A DNA stretch of 64,000 nt, taken from Cenococcum geophilum (taxonomy: Eukaryota). Below the pieces are notes generated by a model, which did not search any database, was not told the DNA's origin, and worked only from the letters and a program-made list of their open reading frames with translations. Below are positions 13,401 to 23,700 of this stretch, piece by piece. How positions within the stretch are numbered: position 1 is the stretch's first letter; each line of letters starts with the position of its first letter. Position numbers and translations under genes: made by a program. The DNA is taken from NCBI GenBank assembly GCA_050273025.1, contig CP158635.1, positions 29,202,001 through 29,266,000 on the forward strand, read 5' to 3'.

Positions 13401-13833
13401 AGGAGGGAGATAAAGTGTGGCTACTATATAAAATTTTCAAGAGTTAATAATTAAGTAAGAAGTTAAACTATGTTAGACTAGGACCTTTTAAAGTTAAATA
13501 GAGGATTTTACTAGTTATGTTTAAGTTAAACCTACCAGCCAAAATAAAGATCTACCCTATATAGTATATTGTAATACTAGAGCCAGTATATAGGAATATT
13601 AAGCTACTAGTTTATAAAGTAGATATATATAGAGGATAGGAAGAAGACAAATAGTAAGTTTTAAAGGTTATTATTTATAAGGACATTAATAATAAAATAT
13701 AGTATAAAGTTAAGTAGATAGGCTATAATAAGACTACCTAGAAGCTATTAGAGAACCTAAAGAACGCTATAGGAAAGGTATAGAAGTATTAGAAGAGATT
13801 AGGTTAGGTAGTATTAATAAAAAAGGATCGCTA
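10470..13833 (+). pseudogene. pol: Family A pol (protease, RT, RNase H, integrase, chromodomain)
   Basis: De-RIP motifs LIDSGA, KKNGKLRLCIDYR, YLDDIIIYS (~11505), NYDIYDKELL (~12057), YHPQTDGQTER (~13047) and YEVKW.GY...TWEP (~13700). Confidence 0.92.
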
Positions 13834-13849
13834 AAAAATAAGTTACCTA

Positions 13850-14437
13850 AGCGGGACCCGGGAAGAGCAGTTACTAAGCCACTTAAATTTATTTCCTTCT
13901 TGGCTAGAAGAGAATCCGTTCTTTTATTACTAAGTTCTTATAGACCCTACTTTATAAGTTTCTACTTCTTAACAAACCTTCTTACAAACCTTCTTAAGGT
14001 GGATTAACTAAGCGGACGCTGTAAGATAAGATTTAAGAGCCTATTACTAAGTATCGGCAGCCTCCCGTTCTATATTATAAGAACGGTATAACTCCGCCAA
14101 AGTAATAGATAGTTTATTATCTAGCTGCGTAGTAGCAGATTAAATATAAGACCTTAAGATAAATTAATTAGGGAACTAGATAACTATTAAGAGTAATAGG
14201 TTATATATATTTAGTATTAGAAATAGAGCGAATATTATAAGATAAATAAATATTCGCTTTAGTGCACTTTAAATAAGAGGATGGTTATCGTAAAGATAGG
14301 TTCGCCAACGTAATATAAACTAACCCCTCTTTAGAATAACGAGAATATAGAGATAGTATAATCTCACTAAGAGACAATATTGCAGCAATAGTGCGAGTAC
14401 GGCAAGCAGTTGAGGAAGAAGGAATTACTTTAGGTAT
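13850..14437 (-). pseudogene. Antisense accessory ORF of element A (Cys-rich zinc-binding-like N-terminus plus coiled coil, probably one intron)
   Basis: The minus strand from 14437 reads after de-RIP as MPKVIPSSSTACRTRTVAAILSLGEIMPSPCSRCSKEGLVCIALANPSSRQPSSCSECTKANIRSSCDVRSVS. Confidence 0.62.
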
Positions 14438-16441
14438 AATAAGTAAAGATATTAACTAAATTAATTAAACGGATATTATACCTCTAGTAAACGACTTAGA
14501 GATATTAGGAATCTTTAAGGATAAAGATAAAGAGGAGGGAGATAGTGTTACGGACGCTTTAAGTATAATATTATAACTACTTAGAGAGGAGTTAGAAAAA
14601 GCTAGTTAGTTAATATAAATATAGTTTAGGATAGAGCCAATAGAGCTATATAATAAGGAATAGTAACTAAGGTTATATAACGTAATCTATATAATCTATA
14701 GGATCTATATAATCTATAATAGAGCAGATAAAGCATATATATATTATATATAAGAAGGATTTTATAGGAGTATGGTTGTATATTTAAGGACCCTTAATCC
14801 CTACCTAGATAGTTCCTTCCTTATAGTAATTCTTAGAATACAATTAGAGCTAATCTGGTAGGCAACTACTCCACCAGGTATTATTACGTTATTAACTTTA
14901 ATTTGTATTACCTATATACCTAGCCTAATAACAAGCCCACCGTAGTACTTACTATAAGGTTCCGTTACAACTAAATCTTACTAAGTTTTACTAGAACTAC
15001 TATCTAAATCCTGCTCTGCTCTCTATATATATTGACTAAGCAACTAAGCTAACAATATATACCCTTTCTTCCCGTTTTCTTACCTTCTTTCCCTATATAA
15101 GGTCTTGACTTTATTACCTAGTTTATATATATAGCTTAATAATATCTACCTCGTTATATATTATCGTCGCTTATACTTATTTTGTGACAGTATACCCTAA
15201 AGTCCTCTTAACTTAGGTTTTTATAGCTAATAGCTTACGCTATATTTAGCGTCCTTATAAACTTAGTATGCGTTATTATAATAAAACACGAAACCCTTAA
15301 TTAAATACCCCCCTATTTCCTGCAGTATATTATTATCCCTCTATATATATATATTGTCTACTAGTCTTATTTCCTTTACTATATAGTTACTTTAACTACC
15401 TCTATAGTCTTAAGCGAAATAACCCTATTTTCCGCAGTTTATATAAGCCCCTTTTTTATACCACTTTTCTTACTATAAAGTCTGCCTAAATATCTTCTGC
15501 TCCTAAAATCCCTAGTTTAGCCTCTGCTCCTTAAACCTTATTCTTTAGGTTTCTATAATTGTCTATTTTACTTTTTACTTTCTTTAGTATCGCTTAACCC
15601 TATTAGTTCTGCGCTATACTATGGCCTAAATACTTACTAATATACCTTCTTTATATATATTAGTCCCTACTATATTCTACTATATTTTTCGCTTTAGTAT
15701 AGCCAGTTATTTACCTTAATAGCTTACTTAATAAGCTTCCTTATATCGCTTAGATCGTCTATTAGTATTATAGTTACTTAAACTTTAGCCTTTAGTCCTC
15801 TCCTATACTAAGTCATTAACGCCCCTTAGTTCTACTTAGTCTGCACTACTAGTATTTAAAACTATATTATATAGTCTATAGCCAATCCCTTTTATATAAG
15901 CTGATATAGCTTTCCTTTAGCTATTACTATTAATTCCAGACTTCTATATATCTATATTAGCCTACTAGCAAATTCTTCCTAACTTAAGAATACATACCGC
16001 GCTTCTAAGTTAATAGTTACCAATTTATTGGCCCACATTTTTGTAAAATAAGGTTTAGTATCCTACCTGTTAAAAATAACCCTACGTATACTACATAGTC
16101 CGTGGCCTATTCTAACTTTATCCCTTTATATTAGATCTTTAATTTTATTTATATAAGGAATCCCTTTAGCTTATACTTTTCTCCTAAAAATCTTTTAATT
16201 AATAGCATCTTAATATTTTCTCTCTTTATATTTTATAGTTATTAAAGTAGTACCTAATTATTAGTATTGTTTTACTCTATAACACTCCTAGGCTGGTTTA
16301 TTATAACTACTACTAAGTTATTATTATATATACTAATATCTCCTCCTAATCCCGAAGTAGTTATTACCGTAAATAGCATTATAGTTGCTGTTTAGGTGGT
16401 ATGTTATTTAACTTCCTTTACTATAACCTTAGTAGTAAATA

Positions 16442-16934
16442 TATAATAAAGCCTTATAGGAAATACCATAGTAGACTTATTAAAGGGCTAGGTATATAGG
16501 TATAGAATAGTTAATAATATAAATATAACTGGTTGAGTAGGTTGCTTAATAGATTAACTTTAATTATATTTTAAGATTTACTATAAAGAAGAGAACTATC
16601 TAGGTAAAGACTAAGGTCCTTTAAATATATAATACTATGCCTAAGAAATGTACTAAGTATATTAGTATATTAGTATATTAGTATATTAGTATATTAGTAT
16701 ATTAGTATATTAGTATATTAGTATATTAGTATATTAGTATATTAGTATGTTAGTACATTACGTTCCTACGTTTTTACGTTTTTATATTCCGAACTTATAA
16801 TATAACTAGCCATATAACTTGGCTACCTTTTATTCTATAGCTTAATTAGTTTTAGCGCCTTCAATACTATCTTAACTAACCCATTTATATATCTTTTTAG
16901 TAGTTATACTACTGCTAATATAAGGTCTGTAATA
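16442..16934 (-). repeat. 5' LTR of the A-related minus-strand element
   Basis: Its reverse complement resembles 7146..7569 at both ends. It is followed on the minus strand by the same PBS/gag start as element A. Confidence 0.85.
16657..16760. repeat. 8-bp tandem repeat (TTAGTATA)n, about 12-13 copies, inside the LTR
   Basis: Directly visible run gtatattagtatattag..., with variants TTAGTATG and TTAGTACA at the right edge. Confidence 0.95.
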
Positions 16935-17729
16935 GAGCCTCTATATAGCCTACCTAAGTAATATCTAAAGATCTTTAGTTTAGCTATTATAGATTTATAT
17001 AGGTTTTATATATATTTGCTAGCGTTTAATAAAGTTATATATAGTTACGGAATTGTTAATAACGCTTTTTTTTAATAAAAATAATTATAAAACCTAAAAA
17101 TACCTAAGTAATAAACATAATATATTCTAAAAGCCTAGGTTCTATTATATAATTAATTAACTTTAGGAAATAATATAAAAGATTAGTATTAAGTTATTCC
17201 AATATCCGCAACCTCTATAACGTAGATATTGTTAAATTTACTAAGAGCCTTTACGGAATATGTTTAAATGTAATTCTAGTGGTTTTGTATAAATGTAGTT
17301 AGTTAGCTTGCGGACTGATTAAAAATCCATTACCTTAAAAACTTAGACCAAGAAATTAATTGCGGATATAGGAATATCCACACCGTCCGCTAAGCTAATT
17401 TAGGACGGTAATCGTTTTCTTAGTCTAAGAGACTTTAGTGAGATTTATAGGAAACCCTAAATATAGTTTATATAAGAAGACCTTATTAACTTTAATAAAA
17501 TTAATCTACCCTCCTATAATACCTATTAACATAAAAATTGCACTAAATTATAGAGGAAAGCCTACTCTATAAGTTATAAGATCTTTAGCTCCTTATACGC
17601 GCGCGACGTTAAGAGGAATTCGTCGTCGTAGAGGCCCTAATTCTACCTCTGCACTGCTGAGCCGCTCAACGCTGAACGCTTACGCCTATGCCCACGCCCA
17701 CGCCCACGCCGCCAGCCCTCTGCGTAGAG

Positions 17730-18300
17730 CTGTGGAGCTTTGCGAGAGCTCTGCGGAACAAATCTCAGGGGGAGACCTGCACGGAGCTCTGCACGGAGCT
17801 CTACCAAAGCTCTGCAAAAGCTTTGCAAGAAGCTCCGCACGAAGCTCTGCTCAAAGCTCTGCACGAAGCTCTGCACGGAGTTCTGCACGAAGCTCTGCAT
17901 AAAGTTCTACACGAAGCTCTACTAAAGCTCTACTAAAGCTCTACTAAAGCTCTACTAAAGCTCTACACAAGGCTCTGCACGAAGCTCTGCAGAAGCTCTG
18001 CACGAAGCTCTGCACGAAGTTCTGTAAAAGCTCTACTCGAAGCTCTGCTCGAAGCCCTATATAGAGCTCCAAAGCTCTACTAACACGCAGCACTAATATA
18101 CTAGGAAGGTTCTACAATTGCCCGTACGAACGCCCGTCTCTTCAAACGTCTCTGCAATCGATCGCCCGTACGAACGTCTGCACGTCTGCACATCTACACG
18201 TCTGCACATCTACACGTCTGCACGTCTGCACATTTACATATCTGCACGCCTGCACGTGGCTCTGCACGAAGCTCTGCACGAAGCTCTGCCCAAAGCTTAC
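17730..18300. repeat. GC-rich minisatellite island: 12-bp CACGAAGCTCTG / 11-bp AAAGCTCTACT arrays plus an 8-bp CACGTCTG array
   Basis: More than 20 imperfect GAAGCTCTGCAC-type units at 17775-18080 and 18260-18297. CACGTCTG/CACATCTA units at about 18172-18257. Confidence 0.92.
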
Positions 18301-18438
18301 CCCTAGTAGTCGTAGAGGCACTCTGGGCCAAGGGAGGATATTTTCAAGGAAGGGCCCAACTATAGCACCTACTAGGTGTTGCAATAGCTTTAAGTAGTAG
18401 ATATCTACATATCTATATAGTTTTATTAATATTAGTAG

Positions 18439-18715
18439 TGTGGGAGGGAAGGTCTCTCCCCAGACAGGAAGTCACGGTGCTGTCAGTCTATCGGTCGGTC
18501 GTAGTCAGTCAGTAGAAATCAGTAGGAAAGCAGTCGGTAAGAAGAGAAGAAAAGAGTGTATTATCCCCGTCCAACTGTCTGTCCGTCAAGCCCGTCGAAG
18601 TTGTTAAAGACTCTGGGGCCACGGACTAATCTATATATCCACGGAAGGCCTATACACTCCCTAGACCATGCCTAATCTAGATGTTGAATCTAGTGGGCCA
18701 ATTTACCTCACCACA
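18439..18715 (-). repeat. Putative 3' LTR of element E (277 bp)
   Basis: TGTGG...CCACA inverted termini. Preceded on the minus strand by GGGGACAACGAC...GGTGGGAGAGGTA, the same layout as the PPT region of element D. Only one copy is seen. Confidence 0.72.
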
Positions 18716-18762
18716 TACCTCTCCCACCTAAGTCGTTGTCCCCTAACGACTTCTAAAACTCC

Positions 18763-19705
18763 CTATCTTCGAAATAAAGGCGTAGCAGGTAACCGTATAC
18801 GTTCCTTGCCCTTACTACGAACCCAAGATAGTAAATAAGGAGACTCCGTTCTAGTTAAATAAGACCGCTTGCGTCCGCCTGGCGGGGCAGCATAAAAGGT
18901 ATCAGACTAGCGGCTCTTAGATAACGTAGCTCTTTCGCGTCCTTCTATTTGCTTAGTTTTATCCTATAGTTCTTTAGGCAGCTCCGTATAGCTCTATCCT
19001 TCTATAATAATAGGGGGCACTCTACTTAGGTCTACTGCAATAGCTAAAGGATTAATTCCATTATTAACGCAGTAGAGGTATAAGCGGCTATTAAAGCGCT
19101 CTATTTTAGTTATACGTATAAGCTAAAATGCATCCTTATAGTTTTTAATAGCCCTAAGATAGTAAAAATATATCTATTTCCTAACTTTATTTCTATTACC
19201 ATTAAGAAGAAGGTTATAATCTTAAATTACCACTAAAGAATCCTATCGCCGTCTACCTAAAAGAGCATTAGATAAGGCGCTAGCAGCTATAAGTTTAACT
19301 ACAGCAGGGAAGCGGTATAAGATTGCGCTGTAAAGATTAGTATATCTAGATAGCGTCTAGGGCGGTGCTTTTAAGTCTTAGTATATATCTGCCAGCTCTG
19401 CCTAAGTTCCTCCTTCTATAACCTTAAGGTTATTATAATTATCCTAAATGCTAATAAACTATAGTAGTATTATTCGCTAGGTTCTAGTTTAAGGTCCTTT
19501 TACTTTATAAGGAAGGTAAGGCATAGTTATATATATATATCCATTTTTATATAGCTAAGCTGCCTAGTTAGTTATATATTTCTCTATATCCTTAGCAGTT
19601 TAGTTATAGTCTAAGATTTTATATATAAATCTATCACCCTTAGTTAATTCTTACGCTTTAAGATCTGCCTACTATAATTCTAAGTAATAATATATACTAG
19701 GTAGG
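18763..19705 (-). pseudogene. Element E ORF3, C-terminal part: PhyH-like 2OG-Fe(II) dioxygenase (distal His and Arg region)
   Basis: One frame gives after de-RIP ILPGMHHHLESWW...GHVRVTMPHLPHGAKGP.TGTRRTMLPWFVGIQDDHDNLEVVEGGTWAELADAHRDL...TPSGHANLYGAIPYRFPAAVEL...LSDALLGRRRWDS. All stops are TAA/TAG and RIP-explainable. Confidence 0.78.
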
Positions 19706-20325
19706 TGTGAGGTAAAGATATAAATAGGGAGTCCAATAATAAAATAATGGGTATATTGTATAGACAGAGACGAATCCTTAAGGGAAAAGGAGGAGTCTGT
19801 ATGCGAGGTAGAAAGGGTTTTCCCTAGGTATATATAGAGCACGTACCTTATAGGCGAGTTACCCCTAGGTTGCCCTAGGGTCGCCCATACCTTACGGCTA
19901 TATAACTATCTACTTAGGTTTTACCTAACAATGCCCCCCCTCTTTAAAAAGGGTCGTCCCTAATCCTTTATATGCTTAAGCCTTAATAAAACCCTATATA
20001 AAACCTTAGTAAGGAAAAAAATTTAAAGGGGAAAGAGCGTCTTAATTTTTTATATAGAGGGACGGGTGGTATATATGCGCGGCGCGAAGATATTAAGGAA
20101 CTTTAACCGGCGGTTAAAGTTGTCTAATTAGTTAGATTTGCCTTACTAAGACTCCCCCGCATTTAACCAAGCTAGTAGCGATTTTATATGCCTAGTATAG
20201 AAAATCCTAATTGGTCTATTTAATAGGTAGAGCTAATAGAGCTTAATACCGTCACCTAAATTCGGTAGACTAGGAATATTCCAAAGCTCGCTTATATAGG
20301 TAGGTCGCTAGTACCTTGCGGGTGG

Positions 20326-20550
20326 GTTATAGGTTATTTATATATAGCCAGATTTATAGACGGTAAGGCTATATATCTATTAAATCCGCCGCTAACCCTA
20401 CTTTGGCCTTACGTTATACTGGCGTAGCGCTGTATATACTTTATGGGTAGGTTATAGGTTATTTATATATAGCCAGATTAGGACGGTAAGCCTATATACC
20501 TATTAGACCCGCCGCTAACCTATACTTTAGCCTTATACGTTATCTGCGTA
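20326..20550. repeat. About 120-bp tandem duplication in the 3' UTR of element D
   Basis: GGTTATAGGTTATTTATATATAGCCAGAT...CCGCCGCTAACCCTA occurs at about 20326 and about 20450. Confidence 0.88.
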
Positions 20551-20791
20551 GCATATACGTGAAATAGTATATAAGTTATTAGTATAGGTTACTACTAGTA
20601 GGTTACTAGCAGGTTATAAACCCCGGTTAAATGGACCTCGGTTATAAACGGGCCTATTCTCTAATATATAAACAATCTGCTTAGCTAGTATAGAGTGACG
20701 GACTAGGTCTAGGAAGGGTACTTTTTAAATTAAGGCTATAGTTTTTATAGCAATTATTGCTTATTCTTTAATCCCTTAAGATATCCTCTAC

Positions 20792-23700
20792 TGTTACGGC
20801 ACTGACCTAACGCATACTGTTTCATACTGTCTCGTACTGTTTCCTACTGTTAGCTGGCCCACCACTAGCGACTTGGCGGCCGGCCCTACTATTTACATAT
20901 AATACCCCCTTTCTACCTTCTTTCCCTCTTTATACCACAACGTAGTTATTTAGTCTACTTTATTGCAGCACTATAATAGTTTGTGGTATCTTTAATTTGC
21001 GCCCTATCGCGATTACTAATTCCCCGTACCTTAGCCAATTAACCTCCGCCCTAGAGCAATCGCGACCTATACGCGCCCCTGCTAAAACTAATACGTCCCT
21101 AGTATAGTCCTAGAATAATCTTTAGTTTTTACCTAGCGCCTAGATAGGCGATACTAATGATGCCAAAATGGCCGAAACCTAGAACCCCCGTAACGTTTTC
21201 GCAGACCTCTTTATAGAGACATACCCTAATATCGCGTAGATAATCCGCTGCTCCCTACTATACCCTAAGACCTTTAAGCCTACTAAAGCTTACCTTACCC
21301 TTGTTAACTATACTAACGAGTTCCTTAGCAATATTAAAGTAGGACTATAGTGTATATATAATATAAATACCACTAATAAAAAAGCTAACGAAAACCTTAG
21401 TGCCCTTATCGCTTTCTAGATAGGAACTATTAACTCCTAGGTAGAGACTATTACCGTTCTAAAATAATTAACCCCTATAATAACGGTAGTAACCTAGCAG
21501 AAAAAACGGAGATCTAAAGACCCGCCAATATTTAGCGGAAAAGGCACCCTACTAGAATAATAAGCTAATTTTAAGACCTAGTACATTAAGATTAAGGGAG
21601 TCTTTAACTGGGACTGGGACTACTTTAATATACTTTAGTCCTAGATTCTTTACATCTTAGATATACTAGAGGACAAGGCCTATAAGTTTATTAAGTAGGG
21701 CCTAGAGCTTATATATAAGAACCTAAATAATATATCTACGTGGAAATGGCCTATTAAGGAAGATATGCTTAAAGACCTTACTGCCTACTATAAGGTCCTT
21801 AATATAACCCAGGTTATAAAGAATAAGCTTAACCATTTCCCCTAGGGCGAGCGTAATTACTAGTCCTAGAAGGGAGAGCTTAATAAGCTAATAGTCCGCG
21901 CTAAGAAGACAGATAAATAGAAGGTGGACCTACTCTAAAAGTTTATCTCTTTAAAGATAGAAGAGCTGGTACTTAGACTTGCCTATAAAATTAATAATAG
22001 TAACTATATAGGTTGGAGTAAGTAGATAGATATATTTGCTAAAAACCTTATAAACTATGCACACCAAGCCAACCTTAAGAAGAACGCCAACTACCGCCTA
22101 CCTACTTAAGCCCCTACCTCTATGTTAACCTTAATCCTAGCAGTAACTAGAGAACCTATAGACCTTAATAGAATCTTAGATACGGAGCGTAAGCGCCACG
22201 TTAATAATAGACTATACCTTACCTATGGCCTACTTAGCTACTAGAAGGATACCTATAACCCCACTAAGATAGTAAACCCAGTCTTAATGCTACCCTATTA
22301 AATAACGCGAACTAATAACCGCGGATACGGCAACTATGGAGTCTATTATAGACGCGGCAACCGTGGAGCCTATTATAGCCGCGGCGGACAACCCCCCCCT
22401 TTAACCCTACGGCTTAGTTACTCTAAACTATACCCTATATAGGAGCCCAACCCGTTAACAACGCCTAGTATTAGCGACTTCGCGCTAGCGAATATAAACA
22501 CAGCCACGTTATTGGTGAGGTATTGTCTTCTTATACCCTAACTAAAACTAAAACTAATACCGCCAGCTAGACAGACACTAGACCGCCCTACTAAGACAGC
22601 TTTATACCCTAGTTGTTAAAAGGTAAACCCTTAGACTAAGTTGTGTCTAAGGGTCTAAACTATATAAGGAGGAAAACAAGAAAATTAGGTCCCTGTTACT
22701 AGATTAATTAGTCCTTTTTATTAGTAAACTGCTACTTAATCTTAGATTAGTAAATAGTAATAAGAAATTAATCCTTATTTAAACCTAACTCTCCTTATTA
22801 CGTAACCTATACCCCTAAGTTTATATTAATATAGTAAGCCTAGTAGACTCTAGTAGTACTGTAATAGCATTTACCAACGCAGAGTCTATTATAAGAAAGT
22901 ATAACGTTATAACTAAGAAGCTGCTAGCACCTAGGCCATTACGCCTTATAGACGGTATCCTAACTTTGCTTATTACGGACTACTTCACCGCCTAAATATT
23001 AATTGGCCTCTATACTAAAGTTATGCTCTTTTTTATTACTAAACTCTCGCCTACTACTCTAATTATCCTAGGCATGCCCTGGCTTTAGAAGCATAAGCCC
23101 TATCCTAGCTTTAGGAAGCTTAAAATCCGCTTTAACTTAGACTACTACTCTAGGCACTGCCTCCTGTAGGGGATAACCGACGTTAGTAGGGACGCCCTAT
23201 ATAGATACTTAGCACTACTAAGCCTAGTGCCTAGGACTATATATAAAGCCCTAATAGTAGAAGACGTTCCTAATAAAGGGGAGCCTATACAGCTGCAAAG
23301 AAACGAGATAGTAGAAGACTGGACTACCTTAGTACTTAAGACCAAAATAACGGGCTAGCTAGCCCTGCTAAGACTAAGGAAGAAGGTCCGCTTTACGCCG
23401 CCACTACTAAGAATCTAACCCTAACCTAGGCACTATTTAAACCCTAGCCGCCCAACCTAATACCTAGAACTAAGCTATATGCCATATACGCACACTATAG
23501 CTCGCGTTATAGTAAGGACTGGCTAAGGAACTACTAAGACCTAGATAATAAAAACCGCGCTACCGTAACGCCCAACCTTATACCTATCTCCCGCGCGTAC
23601 TATATAGGGCCGCCGCCTTATTTCCGCCCCCCTGGGCTAACTAAGCTATACTAGCCTAGCCGTAGTACTGGAGAACTAGATATGCCCTAACCTAGACAAT

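Larger units (their letters stand above)
7146..14969 (+). mobile_element. Full-length Ty3/Gypsy chromovirus, family A (7.8 kb), RIP-inactivated
   Basis: 424-bp LTRs at 7146..7569 and 14546..14969. TSD ACCAA/ACTAA (one C->T difference). PPT AAAGAGGAGGGAGATAG at 14529-14545. Domain order gag-PR-RT-RH-INT-chromo. Confidence 0.96.
7023..15189 (+). repeat. Solo LTR of Gypsy family C, split by element A (7023..7145 + 14975..15189)
   Basis: Both halves match the LTR at 61298..61647. Perfect 5-bp TSD GTATA at 7018-7022 and 15190-15194. Confidence 0.92.
4898..16934 (-). mobile_element. Ty3/Gypsy relative of family A, 3'-truncated (5' LTR, gag, protease), hosting a solo LTR and the full-length A element
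   Basis: 4900-5400 is the reverse complement of the A protease region (10500-10940, ALIDSGATRNYI). 15195-16430 is the reverse complement of A gag. LTR at 16442..16934 is related to the A LTR. Confidence 0.87.

Noticed and set aside
16657..16760. Telomere-like repeat
   Set aside because: The unit is an 8-mer without a G-run (not TTAGGG) and sits inside an LTR.
16935..17640. Possible decayed intron-containing gene upstream of the GC island
   Set aside because: A GT...CTGAT...AG-like segment is present, but I could not recover any recognisable protein motif, so it is left unannotated.
17775..18297. Possible CRISPR-like array
   Set aside because: The units are directly tandem with no unique spacers, there are no cas genes, and the context is eukaryotic.
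17643..18384. Five overlapping ORFs (61-85 aa) in the ORF track
   Set aside because: They are translations of the 12-bp and 8-bp minisatellites (LHEA/RSSA/SFVQ repeats) on both strands, open only because the repeat lacks stops. No domain evidence.
18439..18728. Solo LTR or MITE with TGTGGGAG...CTCCCAC ends
   Set aside because: No TSD at these ends. The right-hand CTCCCAC is better explained as the minus-strand PPT next to an LTR ending at 18715.
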